The translations under genes were made by a program, and so were the position numbers. The notes beneath the pieces are model-generated. The model searched no databases, was not told where the DNA came from, and saw nothing but the letters and a program-made list of their open reading frames with translations. A stretch of DNA of 64,000 nt from Tubiluchus corallicola. Its lineage: Eukaryota > Animalia > Priapulida. Below, piece after piece: positions 27,101-42,500 of this stretch; position 1 is the stretch's first letter; each line of letters begins with the position of its first letter. The stretch is from the NCBI GenBank assembly GCA_030141605.1, contig JAQGDQ010002366.1:989079-1053078 (forward strand), given 5' to 3'.

Positions 27101-30100
27101 CTCTGTTACTGTATGAGTACAGACATAACTAAATGACTACAATTAGGTACTTCCTATTCAGGAGAATCTTGACTATCCAAATATGCTGTTTGTTTAAATA
27201 TTTATATGTGGATAAAATTAAGAAAAACACGCCCTTTAAAAACACTCCAACTTAGCCTATTGAATAGCTTAGTTTGGTGTACATTTAGGTGTCACGGAGA
27301 CCACGATATGTTAATAATTGTCAAAATCATAATCATGGCATATGTATATAACTGCAATTTAGAAATTGTTATTTGGCAAAATCAAAATTTTGTTCTGTAT
27401 GATGAATCAATTATCAGCTTTAACAAGCCCAATGAGCTGCTGTCACAGCTTTGAAATTACTGTCAACAAGACTTTTTCTTACTACAACTTATGTATATAC
27501 ATTATGTTTACATTTGTTATGTGTTTCGACATACAAGTAATGTTTTAGTAAAAATCCAATTGTTTGCTGTTCTGAATTTCTACATCTATCAAGTTTGTCT
27601 GATTTGGGGCCATTGTGACAACTTGAGTGATCATACACACTGTTTTACTGATTTTACTGCTTGCTACGCCAGAGAGAACAGGGTTCTAGGAAAAGGAAAA
27701 CCGATCAGCTAAGAAGAAATTAAGGTCGTTTTATCTTATAATAGGAATTTGTCTTTTAAAAATAGAGTAGACTTGAGAGACCAAAGTGTATCAGAATGTT
27801 GTCTGAGTAGCTGAAATTTTCTGCATTAGCCAATTTCACACAAGTAATACTGTACATTGTTACAGAGCAAACACTGCAGTTACTGAAAGCTTTTGCAATT
27901 TTTTCATCAAAAATCGATTTTTAATTGTGAGGAATAGAAACCTAAACAAATTATCAAAAATAACGTACTCATTGCTTAGTGAGAGCTGTTTTTCATGAAC
28001 CCATGCAAAATGCAACAAACGTTTAAAGTCCTGAAGGAGTTAACAGGTAGCTGCATAATTTTTTCAAATATTGCGTAATGCCAACCTGCATTGTTGTGCC
28101 ACAGCTGCACTTTCCAGATTCGTCCCAGACTGTATGGCGTCGTCATTATGAACGTGTCACAGGAAAGTCTTTCAAACAGCGGCTGCCCATCATTGGAAAC
28201 AAGTTCCCTGGTTTCAGACATGCCCTTTTCACCGTGAAGGATTAAACTGACCTAGATGGTACAGTCAGATTAGCAAACATTGCTGTGAATAAAAGGTCGT
28301 TAATAATATAGCTTGATATGACATGACGCGACACGACACAGACTTTGTTGGAATTCATGGTAATTAGCTAGTTTGCTAAAGAAACAAAAATTAATAATTA
28401 CAGCAAGAACAGTACACAGCTATATGACTACATGCATTTCACATTCACTTAGGTCTATGTTTGTGACCATAAAATATTCAATCTCCTATTGTGTGGCAGA
28501 AAATTTAATTTTCATACAGTGGACGATGATTAAATGATATACTAGAAACTGGCTGAAAAGTTCTATTCAAACATATAGCTGTGTTCAATAACTGTGCAGT
28601 TCATGCCAATTAATATACAACCATTGGAAGGAGTTTACAATTACCCACACAGTTTAAGTACCCTAACCTTAACCCTACCCCAACCCTAACTCTAACCGTA
28701 ATCCGCTTCACGAACTAGTTCGTTGTGTGTGGAGCAGTGTAACCTTAGCCCAAACATTTTTCATGGGCTTATTTAAATCACTTTTTTTCCAATTTACACT
28801 AAGATAAAACAATGACCATGAATACAGTACAATTATAACACTTCATGTTATTATGATGCAGAATGTAACAGAAGGAACTTAACAGTGCTTTTCACAAATG
28901 GTCACAAAATTATTTTCTACAGGAAAATTACAAAGGAATAAAAAACTTATACATTTAAAATTCAATATAAAGAACTAAAGGTGTAGCCAAGTAGTTAAAA
29001 CATTAGGACAGTACAATCTAATGCAAATTTCTTAGCAATGTATGAAATATCTTCATGCTTAGGAATAACATTTCATACCTTAGCTGTTGTACCAGCTCCC
29101 TTACGGCTGCCCGTTTCTATGACGATGCGGTATACCTGTTGATCTTGTATGGAATTGTCCACAAGGTAAACAGGATGGCGTTTTTTGGTATCGTGCAAAT
29201 CTGCATGCACACAAGCAACAAATGCAACACCAAAACAAACAGCTGCAGCAATCAGTAGTGAATAACTGGCTATGTTTTCATTCAATCTAGAAATAAAAAA
29301 TTATTATGTGAAGAGACATTTCTGTTTAATTGGCATACAGTCAACCCTCATTATAACACCTCCTTTTATAATGCCAACCTCGATTAACGCCAACATTTTT
29401 CATAAAACAAAATGTCTATGTTTACATAGACATGTACGTATTAAGGCATCTCGTTATAACGCCAAACTTGCCATAACGCCAACTTTTTTGCAGTCCCAAA
29501 GTAGGTATACTTTGTGGTATAAAGAGGTTTGACCGTATTAACACCTTGAAACATACTGAAGTAGTCAAATGGGATCATAAGCATCAGTTCATGACCCATT
29601 TAACTATTACAAGAGACATTCTTAACTCAAGTTCCCTAGTTCCAAGTTACGTTTTAGAAAATGGCCAATCTAAAAGTTGTTTTTAGAGAGGGTAAATGAA
29701 TTAACCAAACAACCTCAGCAAAACCCTACAATATTTTCCAACATTTTATCAGTGCAACACTTTATCAATTTCTCATTCATTTATGTTGCTAGTGTTTTGA
29801 TTTCCCCTTATTAATCATAAAAAAATAAAAAACTTATATAGTTTCACTTGGACGCAAATTAAATGTTAAAATAAATACAAAAATACCTTGTCATTAGACC
29901 TGATGGACTTTCCAAAAATATATAAAAACTTGTACTGTTGCTTTTTGGAGAAAAAATTACATTGAAGGTAATAATTAAAAAAATGGAAAAATTTTAAAAC
30001 AAGGATATTTAGGTTATAAGTCCAAAATATTGCCAACTTTTAATTCTGTTTATTCATACTAAATACTAAAATGTGCTATTATTGTTAGTTTATCTTGTTA

Positions 30101-33100
30101 CTGATTAAACACAAGATTATAATACTTCACTAATAAAATGTTTACCTAAAAAATGATTCGATGTTCACAGATACAAAAACCATACTCGGAATTTCCACAC
30201 TTGACCCGAAGGCTGTGAGATGATTACAGCTACAATGTGTTAAAGTAAATGTAGAACTGTCCATTGGCAAACATCCGGTGTCAGTCCACTCTTGCAAAGC
30301 ATTATCAAAATACAAGCACTGCCCAAACCAGAGCTGTAGCGTGTACTGTCTGAATTCAATCTCATCACCCCGTGGACGTCCAGAGTTAAACGTGGCATCT
30401 ACTACACCAAGATAGTATGGTCCAGACACGTTCATTCCTCCCACTGGCAGAAACAATTTTAATTTTTTGTCATTGGGCTCAAATATCTTCTTGATTATAT
30501 AATTGTCCGGTGTAGGTGGTTTGTCGTAGCTTAGGAATAGTGCTAGAGGAAATGGGCGGCCGTTTTGTTTAGTTAATTCTAAACTTATTTCTATATGCAG
30601 TGCTTGTTTGAAGTTGTCTCTTGTAACATTAAAATGGTGAATGTTCATTTTTTGCTTTTCAAGTACGAAGTCTGCTTCAACTTCATTCAGTTTTGGGTTT
30701 CGTGGTATTTCCATTACGATACTCTGTTTTGGTGAGAGATCTCTCACTGAAACTTCTTCCCCATCGCAAGTGTAAATTTTCAGTGCAGCTACTTCTGAAG
30801 TGATGCGCAAATTATCCCAGGCAAACGGATTATTTTTGTACGTTACCATCTGTGCTTCGTAGCACAAGTCTGTTTGATTGCTTTTCGCAGCACTAGATGG
30901 CAGTATGTTCTTTGGTAATACAAAAGCGGCTTCACTCGTTGCTAAAACTGTAGGAGATTCCGAATCGTATTTGGCAGCAAGAATGGACAAAAAACCTGCT
31001 GAAATGTTGAGTGGAAATTCTTCATACGTATGAAACTTAAGTTCAGTGTGCATCAAATCTGATAAGCTTTTCTCAATAGAGGACAGTATTTTTTCACCCA
31101 GCCACTTCTTCGGCTGCGCATTCTTAAAACTGTCAAGAATTTTTGAAGCTACCTGTACAGACAAAGTCAACAAGTTCTGATCGAGTCTTTGCACAGAATT
31201 TTTGCGTATAAGTTGAACAATGTCATGTAAAATGTCAGAAGCAAGTTTCAGAGATCGAGGAGTTAAATGAGCCGACGCATGTACAGCCGAATTTAATCCA
31301 GCTAATGTTTGGAGTGCACTATAATAATCTCTCACTTTATATGAGCTAAGGGTTTTCAGAAGTGTAGTTCTTATCTCTGTCTGTAAAACATCTTCGCTTC
31401 CCACATCAACAAGCCTATTTAGGGTCATTGCTACACTGTTGACAAAATGGCCCACATTGTAGGAGTTTCCGTGGGCTTGATACATGTACAACTGACTGTC
31501 CTTTTCCTGGATAAGTTTCCAAATAGCTTGAATGCTATCGGCATGTGGCTTGACTTTCACCGGTAATGAACAAACAGTCGTTTTTCCACCCAGAGAATCA
31601 ACTACAGCTACGGAAACATGGACAGTATAGTTCAAATGGACAGGTCCCGATGGTAAACGGAATTTCAGCTCGTGGCTGAGCCCGTGGTAAATTAACTGCC
31701 TAGGTTGACTGGACGTGAGTTTGTAACTGACTTCGTACCACAGCGGCTGGTTTCTGTCTTTCCATTCCATGCAGTGGATTTTGAAATCTGTCTCCAGTTC
31801 AGTGCCAAATTCTGGTTTGAGGGTACATCGGCCACTGGCTGGACCTTCATTTAAAGTGAAATACGTTAAAGCAGTATTATGGTGTCTAGTGAGGTTTGAA
31901 AAAGCAGAAACCTGCACGATGTAAGTGCTACCCTCATGAAGCGCATTGTGATTAATAACAAGAGATTGACGACGAATTCCAGTAAGTGTCTGGTCAGGTT
32001 TTAGCTTGAGTTTGACCCTAGGAACGAAAAAGAAATGAACAAAGAATTCAAATGCTGCCACAACATTTTGTATTGCAAATTTCACCATATCCATGAAATA
32101 TTTGGAAGATGTAAGATTGAAGCGTGTAAAGGATGTATGTAATGATTTCTTGCATCAAAAACTTGCTGTTTCTGAGTTCAGACATCTATACAACACGTGC
32201 AAGTACTTGTACTTTCTTAAAGCAAAAACACAACAAAATCAAATAATAAAAATACTAAGTGACCTGCCTTAGTGTGAATGTAATTGTGTTTGCAAAAACT
32301 TATGAAGCTGCAGTTAAAACCAGCCACAATCACAAACAATTTCTAATCACTTATGGACTGAGCAAAAATAGTAAATAAAGTACTGTACCTTTCCAGACTT
32401 AAGATGTGTGGACTCTTATAAGCTTCAGGCAGAAATTCACCTTCCAATGTCAACAAATCCAAATCATTTCTGTCATTGAAGTTTACGCGACCGTATGGGT
32501 CAATCTCATTCCTTGACGACTGACTCGTATCATTGTCTCCTCCATCTTCTCTACCGCTGCCTTCACCTTCGCTGGCGCTCTCTTGTGGAACTGCCGGAAG
32601 TGTGCTAGCCGTCTGTAGGGTGGCTAAATTGCGGGCTGAAGCACTACCACTCTCTCCAGGGATGCCTTCGCTGATTGGACCAAACACAGGTGGACCTTAA
32701 TGTACAAATCAGAAATACTTACAAATAGTGAGGGGAGATTTTGAATATTGTAATTGGATTATAATCTTGTTCTTGTAATTCGATATCACAATTAATCTTT
32801 TGTGGCGATTTTTTGGGTGTTTTAGCCATAATTTTCAATGACTGTAGTGAATCAGCCTACAACTTTATCACAGCTTTTGTCGCCGCCTGTCATTTTCACT
32901 TGCATACTAATTTTATAGACGCAACGCTTTTTCGTTAACTACTACGACAATGTCACTACACATGTCATGTGTCCACGAGCACATTGTGTAACGGCAAGAA
33001 AAACGAAGAAAAAATGCTAAGATTTCATTTATTTGTGTTAAAACACGTAATCAGTGTGCAACACGTCTATTTTGCTCACGTTTCATCGTGTTTAATCAAC

Positions 33101-35386
33101 GATTATATCGATCTATACATGGTTGTAATCGCGACTAATTTGATTAATCTAGTAATCGCCCATCACTACTCTCATACGGCAGAAACATTGGATCTCTGTG
33201 AATGCTACAGAAAAACTTTCTCAATTGTTTAGTGTGTCCCGCCAAATTTTAATCTGGCCCCACTTAGTTCATGCTCCAATTTCATTTAAATTCATCATCC
33301 ACTTTCATGAGTATCTTCTAGATAAACAGGCACGAATTTCTCCCATGGAAGCAGTAAGTCAGTAATAATAAATAACAATTTTTTGGTCATTTTGCAATTG
33401 ATCGCTTCACTGCCTAAGCAACCTCCTCTCAAATAGACTGCAATTTGACTACAAAATCTATACACACACAACTGTTAGGGGGGTTTGAGGACAAACAAAT
33501 AAGATCCTCCCTTAAACACTCCTCTTAACTTACTTAATAGATTTATTAAATAAAAAAGTGTAATTCGATTAATCCTATATAAATTGAAGATGCATAAATT
33601 GCAAGTTTAGTACAGGGTGCTTTTCCAATTTTATAGCCTTTAGGCAAAACCTCACACATAGTGTGACAGACAATTTACCTTATGAAAAATCCAGTTCTTA
33701 GTTTTTGAAATTCTCACCAGTTAATTCCACGGTAAAAGGAAAAACAGCAACACGGTTTAAAGAAAAAAGGTAAAGATTTCCTACAGTATCATTAGCATAT
33801 TATTATTATTATTTAGAAAATAAAAAGCAAAGTATTACCTAAACCAATATTTGTACGACGGTGTACAGGTTCCAAAGGTGGTACAGGATTATCCGACAGA
33901 AAATCTCCAGGAAGAGGTGGTAGCATGCGATCAAAGGGTAATCCACCAACGTCCTCCATAGGTAATGGCATTCCCAATATGTCACTGTAACCTCTCGTGG
34001 GGTCTCCAGATTCTCTCTTTCTTCGGAATGGTGGAAACCCATCAAAATCAAGTAGTTCTCCTGTACTGCCACTATCACTCGGTAACCCTCTCGTGTTCCT
34101 CAGTTGCTCAGCGGGAAGGTTTCCATTCTGAATTATCACAAAATCTCTTAAAACTAATTTCTTTAAAATTGTTGAGATCCATCATTGAAGGAAATGATTA
34201 ATACACGGGTAGTGCAAACTAAATGTTCTGCAATTTTACTCTTTTAATTTTAGTCACAATTGAAACTCTAAATAACCATAAAGGTTTACCCACTACTACA
34301 AGAAACTATCAAAAATACACAAGTTAGGGATGTCAAACGATACAAATTTAGTGATACGATAATGATACGATGCGATAAAAACAATAGTGAAGTTACACAA
34401 TTTAAAGAAACAGAAAACAGAACCAGACAACAACAGAAAAAATATCACTAATAATTAAAAATATTAAGTACTTCAGCGCAATATTTATCCATGTGAGCTG
34501 CACATGACTGGAAAAGTGACACTAGAGGTATAGTGTATTTGACATCTGCGCGTCAGTATCAATGTGTATAAAGGAGTCTCTTTACTTTGAGTCAGCATGA
34601 TTCAGAATGAACGTAGCCATTATTGACAGGCAAAAATTTAAGAAAATGATTCAGCACCTGATAAGCTTATAATTGTAAATAATTCTTTTTATCCACTTCT
34701 TTTCGTAATTATTATAATTTCTTAGCTTTAAAATCTGAGCAGGAAAGTAGTAACAAGCCAATATTACGGTTACGAGATATGGAGGCCGCCATCTTGGATG
34801 ATGAAGTCATCAACAGCCTCGCCTAGCAGATTAAAACGGAAGGAATTCGTGATTGATATATTCCACTATAAATGCCTACCCAAAGTCCAGTTGGATGAAG
34901 GTTTCCAAATGTACGGCGAGGAGAATTCACGCTAGATTCCTCCAAAACAGCATCAGCAAAAACTGGTACATCAGCTAAGTGAGAAACGTCGACCATGGTA
35001 GAACTCTTGGTTGTTGCAGAAGTAGTGCTAGGAGATTGAGAAGTAGCTGTCATGGAACTTTGCCTCACTGTGGAGGAAGTCTTGGGTATTTCAGAAGTAC
35101 TCTCCAAGACAGAACTCTGAGTCGATGTAGTGGAGGTGACGAGTAATTGAGAAGTGCTCTGGGTTATTGATAAATCATCCATCCCATTATGATGTTCAGT
35201 AACTAATGGAAAAGTTTCCATGGAACCAGTTGAAGTTACTAGAGGTTTATCTGTTAGTAACTGTTTGTCTGCAGTATCATCAGCTCGAAGGAAGCCATCA
35301 GGATGAGGTCCATCTGCATGATAGCACTCTTGATGTCTCACTACAATAAAACAATTACAATATTTTAACATTACTAAGGGCTGATA

Positions 35387-35417
<31 letters not shown>

Positions 35418-36477
35418 ATAATATATATTATATTATAGATTATTATAGTATATATATAATAATCTATGCATTTATGCCGTAGAAAGTAAGGATGTAGTTA
35501 GAAATTAACTCGATTACAGTTCAATTAAGTTTTAAGCAACAAATCATCAACTAATCTCCTTGCAAAATTAGCAAACAGACAATTTGCTAGACAATCACAG
35601 TACTAGAGATGAATAATTTATAGTTAGATCTTTCTAACTTTGGATATGCATGGAGCTAAAGCAAAATTTCTGACAAGTTTTAATTCATCCACCTCTACCT
35701 GTATGCTTGCCATCGATGACCATAAACACGCTCCATTCATATAACAAATCACGTCTTTTCCAGCAATTCGGACAAATGGCTTCAAACACAAGAACATCTC
35801 CACTGTTCACTTGTTTGTTTTCACACATCTCACACTGGACATACATATCAGCTTGAGCAGTCTTGTCACTTTGCAAAACTTCTACGACTTGAGAAGTTAT
35901 AAATGATTTTCTTCCTGGTTTGTAAGCTGTCATGTTTATCAGGAAGCTGCTGTAACCGCTAACGAAGTAGCGAGCAGGAAGCAATATTGCACTTTCTGTA
36001 GTGTTTACCGGAAGAGAAAAGTTGTCAACAAAACAGGAACCAGTAACTGCCAGAGGCTGGCATGACCACTTGTAGATGAAACTATGATTAGCTGGATAAT
36101 CTGGATCGAACGAAGCCAAAGCATCAAGTTTCAACACGTCTTGATTTGAAATAACTCTCTGCTTACCCCCGGTGATTATGCTAACAAGCAATGAAGGAAC
36201 AACGAGAAATTCTATTTCAGCACTACTGTGAACAATTGTTCCGTTCATTGAAACTCTCAACACAGCCATATACTTTCCATAATCAAGCAAATTTCTGGGG
36301 ATAAACAGAGTTCGCTGATTAGTATTTATAATGCTGGTTTCAAAGCTGTCCAGTGGCTCTGCGTTGTAGTACAAAAGCCACTGAAATTTCGCCAAAGGTG
36401 TGATTGTACAGTTTATAAGAATGACAGGTTCTAAAACAATATCACTTGATCTTTCAAACTACAAAAGAAAAATATAC

Positions 36478-36514
<37 letters not shown>

Positions 36515-39500
36515 CTATACACATATATACACACACACACACATATATATATTCGGTGCTTAGTTAGTAATTGCATTTCATAAGCACATAGTGGTAACAT
36601 TGTAGTTCATAAAATCCCAAAATTAGTAGTTAGTAATTTTTATGCTCTTTCCTTTTCTCTTTTACATTATCTTTTTCATAATTTTCTTTATTTAGGGATT
36701 TTTATTCACTTATCACATTACTGGGAAAACAATATTGCCAAATAATCATGTTTTAGCATGCACTAAACTTACAAAACTATTTGAATTTGAAAATGTAGAA
36801 TTTATTGAAAGTCAGGACCATGTCATCAATGAGATTAATTAGGCTGAGGTCTTAACATCCCTGTAGGGACGATGAGGCTGTCAATTTTCTTATTGAGGCA
36901 TTTACCATAATAAAATTTTATTCTCCTTAAATGCTGCAGTATTGAACAATTAGGTTCCCAAAATGTGTTTCCCTAAAATATATTATTAGATACACGAACG
37001 AGCCAACTTCTAGAATCAACATGGTGTTTATTAGTGCAGACGATCGTTTCGATAGCAACTGTCATTTTCAATGCTAGAATCAGACCAAAACATATAGTTG
37101 GTAAATTTTATTATGCTGCATACAATATCATTGCACAATCACAAAAGTGAAATTAAATTGCCAAAACATCAGTTGTTCTCACATAAAGAAAACTATAAAG
37201 AAAAAGAAAAATAGTACAAATTCTTTACAGTTTTCTTTATGTGAGAACCTCTGATACTTTGGCAATTTAATTTCACTTTTGTGATTATTTGGTTAGTAGT
37301 GACATAATCATACCACTGCTCTAATTGTGCAAGTACACTGTAAATTATATTTTATACGCAAATAAACATAATAAATAAATAAATAAATAACCAATACAAT
37401 ATATATATATAAATTGTAGTGATTAAATGTTTTGGCTTGATTCTAGCATTGAAAATGACATATGCTGTTGAAACAATCATCAGTGCTAATAAACACCATG
37501 TTAAACATTTTAGTCATTCACATAACGAAAAGCGAGCAGATTTAAAAAAAATCTGAGTAAACTTCTTTACAACACCCGCAACATACATACTAGAACTTGG
37601 GTGACAAAGTACCAAGGTCAGTCGGTTAACTGGAATAGTCCTGACATAGCTAAAAGCCTAGGAGTTGAACTACGGCTTAATACGACCCTGCTTGCATGTC
37701 AAATGAACACAAGGAAATTTGGAAGCTGTCTAGTAACTTACTGTGCATGCATATACTCACCACTATATGCATTAAAAGATTGAAGCTGATGTCTGGTTTC
37801 TCACAAGGTTTCTCCAAAGCAAACACCGTTAACGAAGCCACAGCTGAACTAATTTTATTTGAAGCCGTCACTGACACTTTGTACTCTCCGGCTTTCTCAA
37901 ACATATACTCAACCACTGAGGAATCTTCATTCACAATGCTTCCATCTCCCATGTCCCAGATGAAACTCAGTTCACTACCCGTGAATAGGGAGACGAATCT
38001 GGTGGTACGGTTGACTAATGTAGATCCAGGGTTCTTTATAGACAGGTGACTAATCGGCGTCTGCACAACAAGTTCAACAGGTTTTGAGCTGACATTGTTT
38101 ATGTTATTAGCTGCAAACACTTGCACGACATACCTGTAAAAGATCATTGCTGATTAAAGAAGATGTAATAACATTTGCGTTTAGGCCGCTACAAAAAATT
38201 GCTTCGGTCCTTACCTCATGAGCTCAAAAAATGTCAGTAGGCAAGGAGAATTTTTTCAAATTTTTTTTTAATACTTTGTAAATTTCAAAATCCGTTGAAA
38301 TCAAAGTTTGTTTATTTCCCCCTGGTTAGCAGTAATGTTTTAAATTTTTTCAATGCACATTTTTCAGTTTTTTGTTTCGCATTACTAAAATTATCGTATA
38401 ATTATTAATTATCATATAGTCTCTTTTTTGTGCAGTGTGAACGTATGTTGTGATAATTATGGTGTGAAAAACAACACAAACCTGGCCATTAATGCATTGA
38501 CTTGGCAAAAAATACGATACCTTTCAGCCAACAATACGATTACAAAATACAAAATATTACAGCATCATACAAAATGGCAACTCAAGATATAGGTGTGTAG
38601 CCGTAGAAAAACATGACTGCATTCTCGCCGAAACAAGGTTGTTATTATAATTATTGCTTTTTATATTTTAAATTAAAAAACACGTTTTTATATGTATACT
38701 TTTTTTGCCAGAAAAGTATATTTTTTGCGATAAAAAAATATTACCCGCGCAATTAGATGGAAACAGAAATGTTTTTATTGTTGGCCTTGTTTAACGGTTT
38801 GTGTGAGTAAAAGAAAACTGTGTAAGAGGCACTCAGTTTCAAACAACTAGAGACTTTAGAATAACAATTAATTTATTTACAAAACACAAATTAGGAACAA
38901 ATGTGATTTATTTCAGGCTCTACAATGCATAAAAAAATTTAACAACTTCTTTAGTGTTAAAATAATCTTTCGAAAAAACAATGTTAAAAAATATGAACAT
39001 GTAAAAGTAACAAATTATCTGAAGCTCAAAAGAAAATATCTTATGGCCGTTACATGAAAATTTACCTGCAAGTTACTTTACATCAACTTGTAATAAGCAA
39101 GCACATTAACTTGGTTTTGCATGGGGCATTTGAAATATCGTACACAGGACTCTAATCATGCATGTATGAATAAGTCTGTTATCACCGATACATGCAGTAA
39201 AACATTATACTAATTTCTTACTTACATTGAATGTTTTATACTGTTACTAAACTGCTAAACTTACCGTCCAGGCTGATCAAACATATAAGTAAGTTCTGGT
39301 TGAGAAGTATGTTTGACGTTGTCGCTTGTTCCCATATCCCAAACATACCACTTGGGAGCTCTGGTTTCTGGTATGGCAGTAAAAGAAATATCCTCATGTG
39401 TTGCATACAATCTTTCTGTGATGTTTAATTCAACTCCTTGCACTGGATTTTCTACATAAACCTAAACCACGTAAAGATGTCTATTTTAAAACTCAAAGAA

Positions 39501-42500
39501 TCTTATGATAATTGGTGAGCCACAGGGGTGCCACAGGGAATTCCCTGAGGCAGTGGTCAATAGTCCAAATCATCCAGCAGGGTGCACTGTAAGCTTTCAA
39601 ACGGGGTCTGGTGAATGATTTCTGCTGCATTTCAAGACATTTTGGAGGCATCTAAGAGAACTTAGAAGCAGCTTAAAATAACTTATTTTGGTTAACACAA
39701 ATGAGCATTTTGTGGACTTTGGAAACATTATTTAAAATATAATTTAATTTACTTTTGTTTACAGACAATGCCCAAAAAATTAAGCTAAATTATAATGCTT
39801 TGGTAAAATATGCTATGTAAAAGTAAGTTTTTAGTTTAGTAATTTTTTGAGGCAGAAAAAAGTAGTTTATATGCCGTTATCTGATATGCAAAGGAGGTCG
39901 TTGTCCATTCTGCCTCCCTACAAATCAGCCTTTCACTTGATTCTAAATTATAATTAGAAGATTCTAATTAAGATTCTTTATGTTAGTGAATGACATACAG
40001 AAGAGGTTCAAAAATTTTGATCACAAAGTAAGATAATTTTACCTGTGACGATACGACTTGCTTTCCAACTTTATTATATGCCAGAACAGTTACTCTGAAG
40101 TCACCAGGTGACAGATAGCGGTGAGATACATAAGGAACCTTGTTATTAATGATGTCGCTCTCGTCGCCAAATGACCAATCATATGACAGATTGGTCCCAG
40201 CCGATGTAAGTGCTTTAAAATAACTAAGTTCTCCAAATAGTGTAATATAACTCAGCCGATCAAAGCGCAAGTCTTGAGGTGCAATTTGCACATGAAACGG
40301 CTGTGGTAATTCAACCGCAACATGACCTAGTATGTTAGAAGCTATTACACTTATGTTAAACACCCCCTCACTCATGTATCGATGTCTACCCTGAGCTGTT
40401 TGTAAAGCAAGAAACGGATGCAGCAGGCCAGGTAAAACTTCTATTGTACCGTCGCCATAATCAAATCTAAATTGAACATCTGAGCCTCGATCAGCATGAA
40501 TATTAAACAAAATGACGTCAGACATATAATTTCCACCTGACTGCTTCTTCAGCTCTGTAAAAAAATGGCGGACATCTGAGAATGTTACTCCACTAATTGG
40601 CTCCGCTACCACTATTTTGTACGACAGCTGTGCCACAACAGGTTCAAGGTACGATGGATTTGTCACGTACACTGACACGGTATATTCGCCTGCAAGTCCA
40701 TATTTATGGCTGGCTGTGCTACTTGTCAGGTTATTTGAAACATGGGTTCGCCGTCGTCCAAATGGCTCACCAAAGTCCCATTCAAAAGTAAGGTCATTGC
40801 CAGATGTCACAGTGGCAGTAGCAGTCACCTCTTGTGATACACTCACAACAGCAGGTGCATCTGCAGTAACGATTACTCCATCAATGGCTTCGTCTACAAT
40901 AACTACTTTTGATTTGGATGCTCTGCTCACATAATTCCAAACAGTCACATTCACAACATATCGTCCGGCTTCAGGAAATCTATGCTGCAAATGTAGCTTG
41001 AAAACGGATTTGTTAGCACTTGCTTCTCCTGACCTAACTTTTAATGTGGTATCTCTTGAATGCAATGTATGGTTCCAACCATAGCCATAGTCTATGTTTA
41101 CATAAAAATCACTACTGCCTCCATAAATTTCAATGTCGATGTCAGTGCTCTGACCATAAACTACTAAAGATGCCGAAAAATCAATTGTTTCTATTGCACG
41201 CTGCACATGAATTACCAAAAATGATGACAAAGAGCTGATTAAATTCGAGCATTTCACAGTCAAGTTGAATGAACCCGAGTGCGCAAACTTAGGGGCATAC
41301 ATTGGTAAATGTGTAACATAAATCTCATTGTCAATCGCCCATTCAAATAAGACACCCAACTTCGGATGACTTGCAACTTCATAATTTCCCAAAGCTGGGA
41401 AAGAATCGAGACTGGAAGAGCCAGAAAGTTCACAAGTTTCTACAGGTTGTTCTACCAGTATTAAGGATTCTATTTCGTTGTCACTTTCTTTGGCAGAAAT
41501 GTTATATATGCCAGAAGTTAGAAAAGTATATGTCACAGATGATTCCGCAGTCACCAGCGATGTGTTGCCGCCTTTGCCGAAATGGAAAACATAGTCAACA
41601 TTTTGTTCAACATTATCCAAAGTATGAACAATTTCAAATACAACAGGTTTTCCCACCGTAGTGACTAATTCATGGCGAAGAAATGCTGCTGTCGAGTTAT
41701 CTTGCACAACAAAAGAAAAAGATGTTGATGCAAAATCAATGTTATTATAAGCGGTAAGATTTACATGCCTCTCACCGGGAGTCTCATACATTTTCCACGC
41801 GAAAGGCATAGCTGACCGAAAATCATAGCCATCGTCAAACGACCAATCAAAAATTAGATCAGTCCCTGATGGCAAAGAATTGTCTATGTTGGCTTGAAAT
41901 ATTGCTGTATTATTTGCAACAAACTCACTAATGGGCACGATAGTAAGTTTTCCGAGTTCTTCCTCAACGACTACAATAACAGTTTTGTAAAGTGAACCAA
42001 TATCGTTGAACACAAATGCTGTTATGTTGTATGTTCCTGGTGCGTCAAATAACACAGAAAAAACAAAAACGCCTGTGCTTGATTGAACACCTGTAATATT
42101 TCTTCCATCTACTGATAGATGGGCAGTGAGATGAGAACCGTGTTTTGAACTTATGTTAAACGAGTATGCTTGATTAGTTGCCATAAACCGAGGTGGTGCA
42201 AAGTAGAGATTTTGTGGGCGTTCTTGCACAGTAATAGGCAGTTCTGTAGATGCTACGAATGAGCCAAGCAAATTTGATGCCTCGACAGAGACATTATACT
42301 CATTTGGAACAGTAAAAATAAGCTTTATCACTGAAGATTTGGGCTGATGAACGACATGAGATTGAGCACTGGTTGTGTCAAAGTGCCAGGAAAAGCTGAC
42401 ATCAGAACCAAAGTCCACCTCAGCTTGGCAAGTGACTTCCATGCCAGTTTCAACAACGTAATCGGAAACTGTCAGTTGTAGACTCTCGATCTTCTCGTGA

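Noticed and set aside
28661-28704. Telomeric repeat as a chromosome fusion scar
   Set aside because: Only ~7 degenerate units inside an intron of an intact gene; such tracts are common within small mobile elements.
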